In this document: positions 26,613 through 35,611 of the stretch, piece after piece
Layout: each line of letters begins with the position of its first letter
Numbering within the stretch: the first letter of the stretch is position 1
Origin: Candidatus Ozemobacteraceae bacterium
Lineage (GTDB): Bacteria; Muiribacteriota; Ozemobacteria; Ozemobacterales; Ozemobacteraceae
Length of the DNA: 64,000 nt
Direction of reading: 5' to 3'
NCBI GenBank assembly: GCA_965140445.1
Contig: OZ223236.1
Location: forward strand, 800,001 to 864,000
Position numbers and translations under genes: made by a program
Notes under the pieces: generated by a model
What the model was told of the DNA's origin: nothing
Seen by the model: the letters and a program-made list of their open reading frames with translations, nothing else
Database searches by the model: none

Positions 26613-27473
26613 ATGGAAAAAGGGTTAAGCAAAGAAGTTTCCTCCATCGTCAATCGCTTTGTAAATGAATGCAACCATAAATTTCCAAATCTTTTTTTGG
26701 ATTTTTACGTCTGTGGAAGTCAAATTGATGGGAGTGCAAACTCCAATAGTGATCTGGATATGATTCTGGTTACTGATGCCAGGGCTTCCAAAGAGGTCCA
26801 GGAAAAATTTGACAGATTCTTTACAGATTTTAATACTGACCTTTCTCCACAAATAGGATTGGTTGTTTTTGAGCTTAATTCTCTTGATAAACTTGCTGGT
26901 TATGCAAAGAATGCTCTGCACATTGACGGTCAGAACTGTTTTGCTGGGATTCCTGTTTTTACAGTAGAAGAAACCATTGAAAAGTTTATTTATGGGAGCT
27001 TTAAGTTTATAGGTAAATTTTTAAGAAAAAATTCTTCTGATCTGGCATTTCCAGTTGTTTTGCCTGACAAAAACGATCGTTTTTTTGGTTATACGCTCAA
27101 AGATGAGGCCTATGGGACAAGTAGTAAGCTTTTGGTCAGTGCTATTGCAAGGTTTTGTGGTACTTTTATTGCTTTAAATTATTCCAGGCAGCCAATTAGC
27201 AAACGGGATAGTATTGAAACTTTTGCCAAATGTTCCTCTTCAGAATTTGCCCCCTGGTGTCTGGGTACTTATAAACTTCTTGCCAGAAAATGGGAGTATC
27301 AGGTTCCGACAGATGAAAAGGATTTTGAAGTCTTTCAAGGGATTCTGAAAAGGTTTAATGAGTTTGAAAACTTCTTTTTGACCCAGATTATTGATTACAG
27401 AAACCAGCTTCCAGACGATAAAAGAGAAAGCGACTGGCTAAAGGAATGCCAAAAGTTAGTTAAATTACCTTGA
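26613..27473 (+). CDS. Pol-beta-superfamily nucleotidyltransferase domain protein
   Basis: hG[S]...DhD motif YVCGSQIDGSANSNSDLDMILV; helical C-terminal domain. Confidence 0.7.
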   Translation: MEKGLSKEVSSIVNRFVNECNHKFPNLFLDFYVCGSQIDGSANSNSDLDMILVTDARASKEVQEKFDRFFTDFNTDLSPQIGLVVFELNSLDKLAGYAKNALHIDGQNCFAGIPVFTVEETIEKFIYGSFKFIGKFLRKNSSDLAFPVVLPDKNDRFFGYTLKDEAYGTSSKLLVSAIARFCGTFIALNYSRQPISKRDSIETFAKCSSSEFAPWCLGTYKLLARKWEYQVPTDEKDFEVFQGILKRFNEFENFFLTQIIDYRNQLPDDKRESDWLKECQKLVKLP

Positions 27474-27493
27474 ATTCTATTAAGGTTTTATTC

Positions 27494-28180
27494 CTAGAAT
27501 CTTCGCAAAAGTGGCCAGATTGTTAGGTTGAAGCCATTTCTTATTCGGAATTCATCTCCTGCGTCTCCAAGATCAGTTCCATATTTGTAATCATCTGCAA
27601 ATCTATAGGTAGCTCGAAGGTAGAATGGAATTGTTCTTTTTCTGCCTTTATAAGAAAAATCTATTTTTAAAACTCTCTGTGCCAAAGCTATTGAAGCCGA
27701 ATGGATAAATTTCGATTTTATCAAACCGCCCCGGGAAGCCACATATTGCTTAAGAGAGGAATTTGGACTAAACCAGTTTCCGTCATAACCCAATGTGTAA
27801 AAGAATTTTTTACTTAAATGGTGAGTGAATTTTAGCTGAAGTTGAGAGTAGTCCAATTTATTACTGTCATCCAGATCCTTAAATTTCAGGGGGAGATATG
27901 AAACATTGGAATTTAAGGTTTTATTTTTTCCTAAAGCTTTTTGATATGTCACTTTAGGACCAATTGAAAATTTATAGCCCTTATTGAATTTAAATGCCAC
28001 TCCTGGCTTTATTTTGTCATCCCAGTTTCTTTTTTTACCAAAACCCAAAAAAGAAAAAATGCTTTTCTCGGATTTTTCTAATCTTGTAGTATTTGATGCA
28101 GTTTCATTATTCTGTGCATATGAGACTGACAAAATCAATGAAAAAGCAAAACAAAGGCTAAGTAGACTGGGAATTCTCAT
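27494..28180 (-). CDS. Hypothetical exported protein, possible small outer-membrane beta-barrel
   Basis: Signal peptide; alternating aromatic/hydrophobic strands; C-terminal Phe. ATG 28180 preferred over TTG 28189. Confidence 0.5.
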   Translation of the reverse strand: MRIPSLLSLCFAFSLILSVSYAQNNETASNTTRLEKSEKSIFSFLGFGKKRNWDDKIKPGVAFKFNKGYKFSIGPKVTYQKALGKNKTLNSNVSYLPLKFKDLDDSNKLDYSQLQLKFTHHLSKKFFYTLGYDGNWFSPNSSLKQYVASRGGLIKSKFIHSASIALAQRVLKIDFSYKGRKRTIPFYLRATYRFADDYKYGTDLGDAGDEFRIRNGFNLTIWPLLRRF

Positions 28181-28324
28181 TTTTACCAACTTTAAAATTA
28201 TAATTTTAAGTATTATCGCTTTAAAGGCTGGTTTTTGTTAGGTGTTTCTTGTAAAGAAATGAAAACCTGTTTGATTTTATTGTTTAGGAAACTAATGATA
28301 GAGCTATTTAGTTACTCTGTCTGG

Positions 28325-29596
28325 CTATAGGTTTTCTAATGTGCTTTGCAATACTTTTTTAACCTCTGGGTCCGGGTCATCAATTGAATCCTGAAGAATT
28401 ACTTTTACACGATTTTTAAAATCAGAGAATTGCCCAAGGGAGCGGATTGCTATAATTCTAACGTCTGGATCTGAGTCATACAACAGGTCTTCTAAAGCGT
28501 GAAGCCCCTTGTCTCCCAGTGAGATAAGTTTTTCTGTAGCTTCTGCTTTTTCTTGAATACTCCCAATTAGAAGCTTGTCTACAACCGTGTCGATGTTACC
28601 TTTAAATTCTCTTTTGGCCTTTTGGGCTTCTGCTAGCTCAATATCTCTCTCATCTACTATTGGAGCCACCTTATTAGGCTCTTGTTGGCCTGAGAGGGCA
28701 GTTGGAACCGGACGAGGTTCTGTTTGCGGTTGGGAGGTTGTCGATGTATCTTCTAACTTTGTTTCGAGTGGTTGGGTTGGTTTATTCCAGTTTTTGTCTG
28801 TTCTTATTGGAATAATTGGGCTAATTGTTTCGGTTACCGGGGAATTCTGCTTTTCTTCTTTAGCTGCAATTTTTATAGCAGGTTTAACTTTTTCGGGAGC
28901 AACTGGAACAGGTCTGATTGCCGGCTTTGTTTTCCTTGCTTGTTCAACCTTTTGCCTTCTCGGTGTCTCTGAAGCAAACTTGTTTTGCCGGGCTATTTCT
29001 CCCAATTTTTTTATGGCAGGCTGATAATTTGGATCTAATTCAACGGCCTTTTTATAAGCTTTAATAGCATCTTTTGTTCGACCTCTGGAAAGATATATAT
29101 CGCCCAATATTTTGCGAGGGGCTGGACTTGCGGGAGCAAGTTTTGCTGCTTTAATAAGGTTTTGTGACGCTTTGCCCATAGCCTTTTTTTCAAAATACAG
29201 CATGGTCAAAAGGCAATAAAACTCACTTATGGTTTCCAGGTTTTCAGATTCGTTTTCCAGTAATTCCAAGCCAGGCTCTAATAGTTCTATTGCCCGATCA
29301 TTCAATTTTAAATCCGCGTATATTGACCCAAGCTCCAAATAAGCAGCCGCTGCATTTGAATCTATTTCCATGATTTTCCAGTAAAGGTCTATCGCTTCTT
29401 TTGTTTGTCCTTTATTGGATAACTTTCTCGCTTTGGAAAGAAGGGATTTAACTTTCTTTTTCATCTTTTTTTCAGTTTCGCTGCCAGCTAATACTCTTGG
29501 TCTGGCATTGGCTACAGAAATTAATGATGGGGTAAAACCTGGAAGAAGCGTAGAAATTACTAACAATAAAATAGCTTTTCTTTTAAAAAATTCCAT
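28325..29596 (-). CDS. Secreted TPR protein with Pro-rich linker and C-terminal HEAT repeats
   Basis: TPR motif LGDIYLSRGRTKDAIKAYKKAVELDPNY; HEAT motif LLYDSDPDVRIIAIRSLG. Confidence 0.8.
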   Translation of the reverse strand: MEFFKRKAILLLVISTLLPGFTPSLISVANARPRVLAGSETEKKMKKKVKSLLSKARKLSNKGQTKEAIDLYWKIMEIDSNAAAAYLELGSIYADLKLNDRAIELLEPGLELLENESENLETISEFYCLLTMLYFEKKAMGKASQNLIKAAKLAPASPAPRKILGDIYLSRGRTKDAIKAYKKAVELDPNYQPAIKKLGEIARQNKFASETPRRQKVEQARKTKPAIRPVPVAPEKVKPAIKIAAKEEKQNSPVTETISPIIPIRTDKNWNKPTQPLETKLEDTSTTSQPQTEPRPVPTALSGQQEPNKVAPIVDERDIELAEAQKAKREFKGNIDTVVDKLLIGSIQEKAEATEKLISLGDKGLHALEDLLYDSDPDVRIIAIRSLGQFSDFKNRVKVILQDSIDDPDPEVKKVLQSTLENL

Positions 29597-29833
29597 CTTC
29601 TCACCCCAGATTTAAAATTTCTTTTGGATTAAAACAAATAATAACATGAAAATTACGACCTTTAAAATTATAGGTTAGTAAAACTAATAGAATTTAATTA
29701 TGCGATGCAAATTGCAAAAAATAAGCATATATTAGATTAAGTGGCTACTCAAATCGCTATAGATACAAAATAATTTGTCTGAAAATAGATAAAAGAATGC
29801 GGCCCAAAACCGGGTCGGTTTTAAAGGGAAAAA

Positions 29834-30991
29834 ATGTTTAAAAGCCAGCACAAGTTAAAGCTTATTTTAGCTGTAGGATTTCTATTGATAGTAGGCTTCC
29901 TGGTGACAAGTCTAAGCAGTTTCTTTGTTTCACGATCCTCCTTGAGAAGTGAAATTTTGCTCAATGAACTGCCTTTAACAAGTGATAATATTTATTCGGA
30001 AATTCAGCGTGATCTTCTTCGCCCTATTTTCATTTCATCGCTTATGGCAAATGATACCTTTTTAAGAGACTGGGTTATTGCTGGAGAGCAAGGCGAGGAT
30101 CAAATTACGAGATATCTCAAAGAGATTCAAGATAAATACAAAATGTTTACCAGTTTTTTTGTCTCAGAAAAAACCAGAAATTATTATCATGCAGGAAAAT
30201 TGCTCAAGAAAGTCTCGCCAGATTCTGATAGGGATAAGTGGTATTTCAGGGTTAGAGAGCTTGAAGAAGATTATGAAATAAATGTTGATCCTGACTTAGC
30301 CAATAAGGACGCCATGACTATTTTTATCAATTACAGAGTCTTTGATTATAATAAAAACTATATTGGGGCAATTGGTGTTGGTCTGACGGTAAGTGCGGTT
30401 AAAGAACTTATCGAAGTTTATCAAAAGAAATATAACAGAGTTATATACTTTGTTGATTCGAAGGGGCAGGTTCAGGTTGCCGGGTCACAATTTGACAAGT
30501 CTGTAAAAAACATATCTCAATTTAGTTTTTTCAATGAATTTAAATCTTGTCTTGAAAACAAAAAAGATAAATCTTTTACTTATGAAAAAAACGGGCACGT
30601 AATACATACAAATGCCAGATATATTGAAGAATTTGGATGGCATTTGATGGTGGAACAGTCAGAGCAAAAAGCTTTGCAGCAAATTTCCAGGACTCTCATA
30701 ATGAATTTGGGAGTTTGTATCCTTGTTACCCTGGTGATATTGTTTTTAGTTAATTTTTCGGTTAATAGATACCAGGATAGCATTGAAACATTAAGTGGGA
30801 TTCTGCCAATCTGCTCTTTCTGTAAGCAGATACGAGATGATAAGGGATATTGGAATCGTGTGGAATCATTTTTAGCAGAGCATACAGAGGCTCAATTCAG
30901 TCACTCAATTTGCCCAAAGTGTATTGAAAAGAACTTCCCGGAAGAATACGAGGCAATGAAGGACAATGGCGATTGCCAGGATCAGTTTTAA
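29834..30991 (+). CDS. Membrane sensor with Cache-like domain and C-terminal Cys-rich (CxxC...CxxC) module
   Basis: Two TM helices flanking [11 protein letters not shown]...DKWYFRV...FINYRVFD; C-term [17 protein letters not shown]...FSHSICPKC. Confidence 0.75.
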   Translation: MFKSQHKLKLILAVGFLLIVGFLVTSLSSFFVSRSSLRSEILLNELPLTSDNIYSEIQRDLLRPIFISSLMANDTFLRDWVIAGEQGEDQITRYLKEIQDKYKMFTSFFVSEKTRNYYHAGKLLKKVSPDSDRDKWYFRVRELEEDYEINVDPDLANKDAMTIFINYRVFDYNKNYIGAIGVGLTVSAVKELIEVYQKKYNRVIYFVDSKGQVQVAGSQFDKSVKNISQFSFFNEFKSCLENKKDKSFTYEKNGHVIHTNARYIEEFGWHLMVEQSEQKALQQISRTLIMNLGVCILVTLVILFLVNFSVNRYQDSIETLSGILPICSFCKQIRDDKGYWNRVESFLAEHTEAQFSHSICPKCIEKNFPEEYEAMKDNGDCQDQF

Positions 30992-31308
30992 GCTGGGGCG
31001 GTTAGTTTCAGACCGATTATTCCGGCAATAATAAGTATTACGCTTGCGATTCTTGCTAAGCTTGCTGATTCTCCGAAAAACAGGACTCCTGCAATAACTG
31101 TCCCTACTGTGCCGATTCCGACCCAAACGCTGTATGCGGTCCCAGCTGGAAGATTTTTCATTGCCCACCCAAGTAACCATATACTGGCGATCATTGATAT
31201 GATGGTTCCTATGCTGGGCCATAAGCGGGTGAAGCCGTTGGAATGTTTTAAGCCAATTGCCCATGCTGCTTCAAAAAGGCCAGCTACAAATAGAATCATC
31301 CAATGCAT
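30988..31308 (-). CDS. sugE: SMR-family guanidinium exporter SugE/Gdx
   Basis: [40 protein letters not shown]; 106 aa with 4 TM helices. Confidence 0.9.
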   Translation of the reverse strand: MHWMILFVAGLFEAAWAIGLKHSNGFTRLWPSIGTIISMIASIWLLGWAMKNLPAGTAYSVWVGIGTVGTVIAGVLFFGESASLARIASVILIIAGIIGLKLTAPA

Positions 31309-31407
31309 ATTTTATCCTTTCGGGTGGGGGGGAAGAATTGTCGAACGATTTAAGAAATGTAATTCTAGCACATAAGATTTTTTGAATCCATGCTTCAAAG
31401 TGACAGG

Positions 31408-32028
31408 CTAGTTTAAAACCAATTCAATTTGTTTTTTTAATTGCATTGAGAAGGATTCTGCAGAATCGTTATTCTGCATACTGGTATCAATTTTTGATAG
31501 AACTGATTCTAATTCAACCTTTGTTAGACTGGTATTTAATACCATTTGTTTCTTTTTGATTTTCATACTGAGAAAATCTTCCTCCCAGTCACTTTGTAAA
31601 AGAACTGCGCTAGACAATGCGTGAAGTATTTCCTTAGAGTTTTTCAACGAATTATTGATAAGTTTTTTTCTGAAAGAGGATAGTTGCAATTGGAAATCCG
31701 GAGAAAACATATCTGAATATGTGACTTCTATCCCTCGCGACAAAAGAATTTTACCGATTTTTCCGTTATCAATACTATTTAAGAGCTGCATGCCTTTGAT
31801 TACAGATAAGTTTGCTATTCTTGTTTCCAGCCACGGAATCAAATAAGAAACTTCGGTGATTGGAACCTGAAATCGGTTACAGGTCGATATCAGATGATGA
31901 GGAATTGCCATTTTTACAACGAACTGAAGGTTCATATATAACTTGTAAGAAATCATTCCAATAAAAAAAAATGATACTATCAGTATGGAAAAAACGTATT
32001 TTTTTAAGGAAATTTTATTAAAATGCAT
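31408..32028 (-). CDS. Hypothetical protein with N-terminal membrane anchor
   Basis: 206-aa ORF with one N-terminal hydrophobic helix; no recognised motif. Confidence 0.5.
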   Translation of the reverse strand: MHFNKISLKKYVFSILIVSFFFIGMISYKLYMNLQFVVKMAIPHHLISTCNRFQVPITEVSYLIPWLETRIANLSVIKGMQLLNSIDNGKIGKILLSRGIEVTYSDMFSPDFQLQLSSFRKKLINNSLKNSKEILHALSSAVLLQSDWEEDFLSMKIKKKQMVLNTSLTKVELESVLSKIDTSMQNNDSAESFSMQLKKQIELVLN

Positions 32029-32079
32029 TTTTTTATATGTGATTCTTCTTTCACTGGTTATTTCGTTTAAGGGAGAAAA

Positions 32080-33651
32080 ATGAAAAGGTCTAAGTTTCTC
32101 TATCTTACCACCTTTGTTTGTGGTGGTTCAATTATGGCGGTTGAGCTTACTGCGTCAAGGTTTCTGGCGCCTTATTATGGATCTTCAATGATTGTCTGGA
32201 CCGTATTGATCGGAATAATCTTAGCGGCTATGAGTGTTGGAAATTTTCTTGGGGGCGTCCTTTCTGATAAAGAGGGGGCAGCAGACAGGCTTTATAGGAT
32301 TATTCTTTTTTCTGGGCTTTGGGTCGCTCTAATACCTGTTTTGGGAAGATACGTCGTAGTTGGGAGCTTTCCCCTGATGATGGCGATTTTCCCGGAGAGT
32401 TTAATTTTATCCGGAACCATATTTTCTTGTTTAACAATATTTGCTGTCCCATGTATTTTGCTCGGAACTGTTGCACCGGCGCTGGTAAAAATTGGTACTA
32501 AGGATCTTGTTAATAATGGGCGTACTGCGGGGGAAATTTTTGCTGTTTCAACTTTTGGTAGTATCATCGGCACTATTTTGCCTACATTTTTATTCATTCC
32601 ATATATAGGAACTACAAAGACATTTTTTTTGCTGGCTTTCGCTTTGGTTTTGATTTCCGTGATTTATCACTGGCGCAATGGAAGCAGAAACAAAAAGGCA
32701 ATAGGGTTAGCTGTCTTATTGTTGATTGGGATACTTGCTCCGGTAAAACTTAGCTACGCCTTTTGGCAGAATAACGTGGAAGAATTTGAATCTGTTTACA
32801 ATTATATAAAAGTAAAAAAAACAAAAGATGGCTTACAATTGGGAACTCATGTTGAGGTAGGAGATCAGTCAATTTATAAAAAGAACTCCATTTTGACCGG
32901 AAGCTACTGGGACTATGCTTTGCTTGCGCCTTATTTAAGTCCTGATCCAAAGATTAAAAGGGTTTTAGTTCTTGGCTTTGCAGCGGGAACATTTGCTCGT
33001 CAATGCCGTTTTTTTTGGCCAGAATGTAAAATTGAAGGTGTTGAAATTGATAAAAAAATATATGAAATTGGAAAGCAGGCTTTTGAAACAGATAAAAGTG
33101 GTGCTCTAGTCTACATAGACGATGCAAGAACGCATTTTGAGAGATTTGAAAGGGGAAAATACGATTTAATTCTTTTGGATGCTTTTAAAGACGTTTCTAT
33201 TCCTTTTCATTTAACGACCTTGGAGTTTTTTAAAACCTTGTCACATCATTTAACTGAAGATGGGACTTTGGTAATAAATTTCAATATGCCTTCAGACGAT
33301 CGGGATGGTTTGTTGAAAGGCCTGACAAACACAATAGGAAAGACTTTTCCCAGAGTCTGGACTCTTTCATTGCCAAATGATTTAAATTCCCTGATATTTG
33401 CAGGTTCTGAAAGACATGATCCCCAAAACCTAATGAATTTAGAGAGCAATCTTCTTAGAGCAACTGAGTTAAAGATAGTTAGAGATAAGGTCATAGATCA
33501 ATTTGCTGAAGAAAAGCCAGGAAAAGTATTTTTTACGGATGACATGGCACCAGTTGAGTATTTATCGCAAAAAGCCACTGACAACTTTGTAAAGGAAGGT
33601 TTGAACAGGCTGTTTGTGGAGATAATTTTGCCATTCAGGGTTTTGTTTTAA
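32080..33651 (+). CDS. Fused MFS-like membrane domain / spermidine-synthase-like SAM-dependent transferase
   Basis: MAVELTASRFLAPYYGSSMIVWT; VLVLGFAAGT, VEID, DDAR, YDLILLDAF, IPFHLTTLEFF. Confidence 0.88.
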   Translation: MKRSKFLYLTTFVCGGSIMAVELTASRFLAPYYGSSMIVWTVLIGIILAAMSVGNFLGGVLSDKEGAADRLYRIILFSGLWVALIPVLGRYVVVGSFPLMMAIFPESLILSGTIFSCLTIFAVPCILLGTVAPALVKIGTKDLVNNGRTAGEIFAVSTFGSIIGTILPTFLFIPYIGTTKTFFLLAFALVLISVIYHWRNGSRNKKAIGLAVLLLIGILAPVKLSYAFWQNNVEEFESVYNYIKVKKTKDGLQLGTHVEVGDQSIYKKNSILTGSYWDYALLAPYLSPDPKIKRVLVLGFAAGTFARQCRFFWPECKIEGVEIDKKIYEIGKQAFETDKSGALVYIDDARTHFERFERGKYDLILLDAFKDVSIPFHLTTLEFFKTLSHHLTEDGTLVINFNMPSDDRDGLLKGLTNTIGKTFPRVWTLSLPNDLNSLIFAGSERHDPQNLMNLESNLLRATELKIVRDKVIDQFAEEKPGKVFFTDDMAPVEYLSQKATDNFVKEGLNRLFVEIILPFRVLF

Positions 33652-33653
33652 CT

Positions 33654-34601
33654 TTATTTACCTGCAAAACGCATTTTGAAGTCTCTCGGTGAAAGTCCGG
33701 TCACCCTTGTGAAAATCTTTCTGAATGAGCTGATATCTTCGTATCCAACTAAATGTGCAATTGTGGAAAAATTCTCCGGGGTTGATTCAATTAGCTCGCA
33801 AGCCTTTTGTATTCTAGTTTTTTGAATATATTCGGTAGGCTTTAATCCTGTCGCTTTTACAAATTTTCTTAAAAATGTTCGCTCACCTAAGCAGCTTAAA
33901 TTGCTTAATTCGCAGACTGAAATCTGACTGTTGTATTTTTTTTGAATATAATGCTGGGCTGATAGAATCGCTTTATCCTTGTGATTTAAAGCAGGTGAAA
34001 ATACTTTATAGTATCTTTGCTCTCTATGTCCGGAATCAATAACCATATGTCTTGCCAGCTGTCTCATTAAAGAAATATTTGTAAATTGTGTTACCAGCTC
34101 CAGTGCGAGGTCTACCCAAGCCATCAACCCCCCTGAGGTAATTATGTCCCCATCATTGATGAGAATTTCATCTATATCTAATATAACCTCTTGAAACTTG
34201 TGGGAAAAATCTGATGCTAGTCCCCAATGAGTTGTAACTTTGCGCCCATTTAGCAGCCCCGTTTTTGCCAGTATAAAAACGCCTGCGCATACCGAGCAAA
34301 TTATTGAGCCGCTAGAATGACTCAATCGAAGCCATTTTAAAAGTTCTTTATCGGGGTTCTGGCAAAATTTGGACCCAATACCTGGTGGGATTATAACGGC
34401 ATTACAGCAATCTGAATGTAAGTTAGAAATTATTTTCTTAATTTGTTGGGGCTCAATTATTGAAATTGAAAAGCTATGATCAATGGAGTTTTGAATACAT
34501 AGGTCGTTGGCAAGCATAAATATTTCTTCAAATCCGTAAATAGCGGACTTAAGGGCTCCTGGATAACTAAGGATGATTATTGAAGTAATATTTTTGGTCA
34601 T
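33654..34601 (-). CDS. GlxA-family transcriptional regulator (DJ-1/PfpI + AraC HTH)
   Basis: SVCAGVFILAKTGLLNGRKVTTHW; C-terminal AraC motif VGYEDISSFRKIFTRVTGLSPRDF. Confidence 0.92.
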   Translation of the reverse strand: MTKNITSIIILSYPGALKSAIYGFEEIFMLANDLCIQNSIDHSFSISIIEPQQIKKIISNLHSDCCNAVIIPPGIGSKFCQNPDKELLKWLRLSHSSGSIICSVCAGVFILAKTGLLNGRKVTTHWGLASDFSHKFQEVILDIDEILINDGDIITSGGLMAWVDLALELVTQFTNISLMRQLARHMVIDSGHREQRYYKVFSPALNHKDKAILSAQHYIQKKYNSQISVCELSNLSCLGERTFLRKFVKATGLKPTEYIQKTRIQKACELIESTPENFSTIAHLVGYEDISSFRKIFTRVTGLSPRDFKMRFAGK

Positions 34602-34707
34602 TTGTCAGTTTTAACTCCAAAATAGTCAATTACGACTCTAGGCTACCATTATTTTGCCTGACATAATATAAGCATCTCAAAGTATTAATGAAAGGTGGAA
34701 TCTGAAC

Positions 34708-35559
34708 GTGCTAATAAGAATATTACTTGGAAGTGCCCTTTTGGGAGTAATCGCCTTGTCGGGGGGGAGTGTTTTGGCAAGTGAGAAAAAGTTGCCAGAT
34801 GGGAAAAACAAGGTTCAGCTCATTAGAAATGCAACGATGAAAATTACTTATGCCGGAAAAGTATTTCTTACTGATCCGATGCTCTCGGATAAAGGCGAAA
34901 TAAGATCTTTTGCGGGTATTGCCAGTAATCCAACCGTTGAATTACCGCTTCCCTTATCAGAGATACTAACCGGGGTTGATGCAATTATTGTTTCACATAC
35001 TCACCCGGATCATTTTCATAGAGCTTCAGAACAAAAGTTATTGAATAAAAAACCATTATTTTGTCAAAAAGAAGACGAAGTTGAAATCTGTAAGAGTGGA
35101 TTTAAGAAAGTAATTCCTGTTTCAGAAAGCGTTGAATGGGAAGGGATAACTATTTTTAGGGTTCCAGGAAAACACGGTGAAGGCGAAATTCTCTCCAAAA
35201 TGGGAAATGTTTCGGGCTTTATTTTCAAAGCCCCTGGTGAACCTACAATTTATTGGGCTGGAGACACTATTTGGTGCGAAGAGGTAAAGGAGAATCTTGC
35301 CCGTTTTAATCCTGATATTGTTATTACCCATTCCGGTGGAGCTACTATTCCGGGATTTAAACCCATTTTAATGGATGGAGAGCAAACAATAAAATTGATT
35401 AATTCATGCCCGAGCTCAATCATAATTGCAATTCATATGGAATCTTTAGACCATTGTGTTGTTAGTCGGGAGAGTTTGCGAGAACTTGCTTTAAAAAATG
35501 GAATCGTTGATTCACGTTTGTTAATTCCTGCTGATGGAGAAATAATAACATTTAAGTAA
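34708..35559 (+). CDS. Metallo-beta-lactamase-fold hydrolase, possibly exported
   Basis: IRNATMKI, LTDPML, SHTHPDH, IYWAGDT, AIHMESLDHC; divergent from the GlxA regulator. Confidence 0.88.
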   Translation: MLIRILLGSALLGVIALSGGSVLASEKKLPDGKNKVQLIRNATMKITYAGKVFLTDPMLSDKGEIRSFAGIASNPTVELPLPLSEILTGVDAIIVSHTHPDHFHRASEQKLLNKKPLFCQKEDEVEICKSGFKKVIPVSESVEWEGITIFRVPGKHGEGEILSKMGNVSGFIFKAPGEPTIYWAGDTIWCEEVKENLARFNPDIVITHSGGATIPGFKPILMDGEQTIKLINSCPSSIIIAIHMESLDHCVVSRESLRELALKNGIVDSRLLIPADGEIITFK

Positions 35560-35563
35560 AAAA

Positions 35564-35597
35564 AATCGGGGCTGCCTCATAAAAGGCAGCCCCGATT
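35564..35597. terminator. Terminator hairpin between convergent genes
   Basis: 14-bp stem AATCGGGGCTGCCT/AGGCAGCCCCGATT with an upstream A-run (T-run on the minus strand). Confidence 0.8.
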
Positions 35598-35611
35598 AAT
35601 CTTAGGTAAGA

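Noticed and set aside
31309..31407. Guanidine riboswitch expected upstream of sugE/gdx
   Set aside because: No paired ACGR-loop hairpins or other recognisable guanidine-riboswitch motif by eye; the leader is short and AT-rich. An Rfam scan would be decisive.
32038..32055. CRP-like site TGTGA...TCACT
   Set aside because: The spacer is 8 nt rather than 6, so a chance match is likely.
26613..34601. Genomic island or mobile element in the mixed-orientation accessory stretch
   Set aside because: No integrase, transposase, tRNA or flanking direct repeats were seen.
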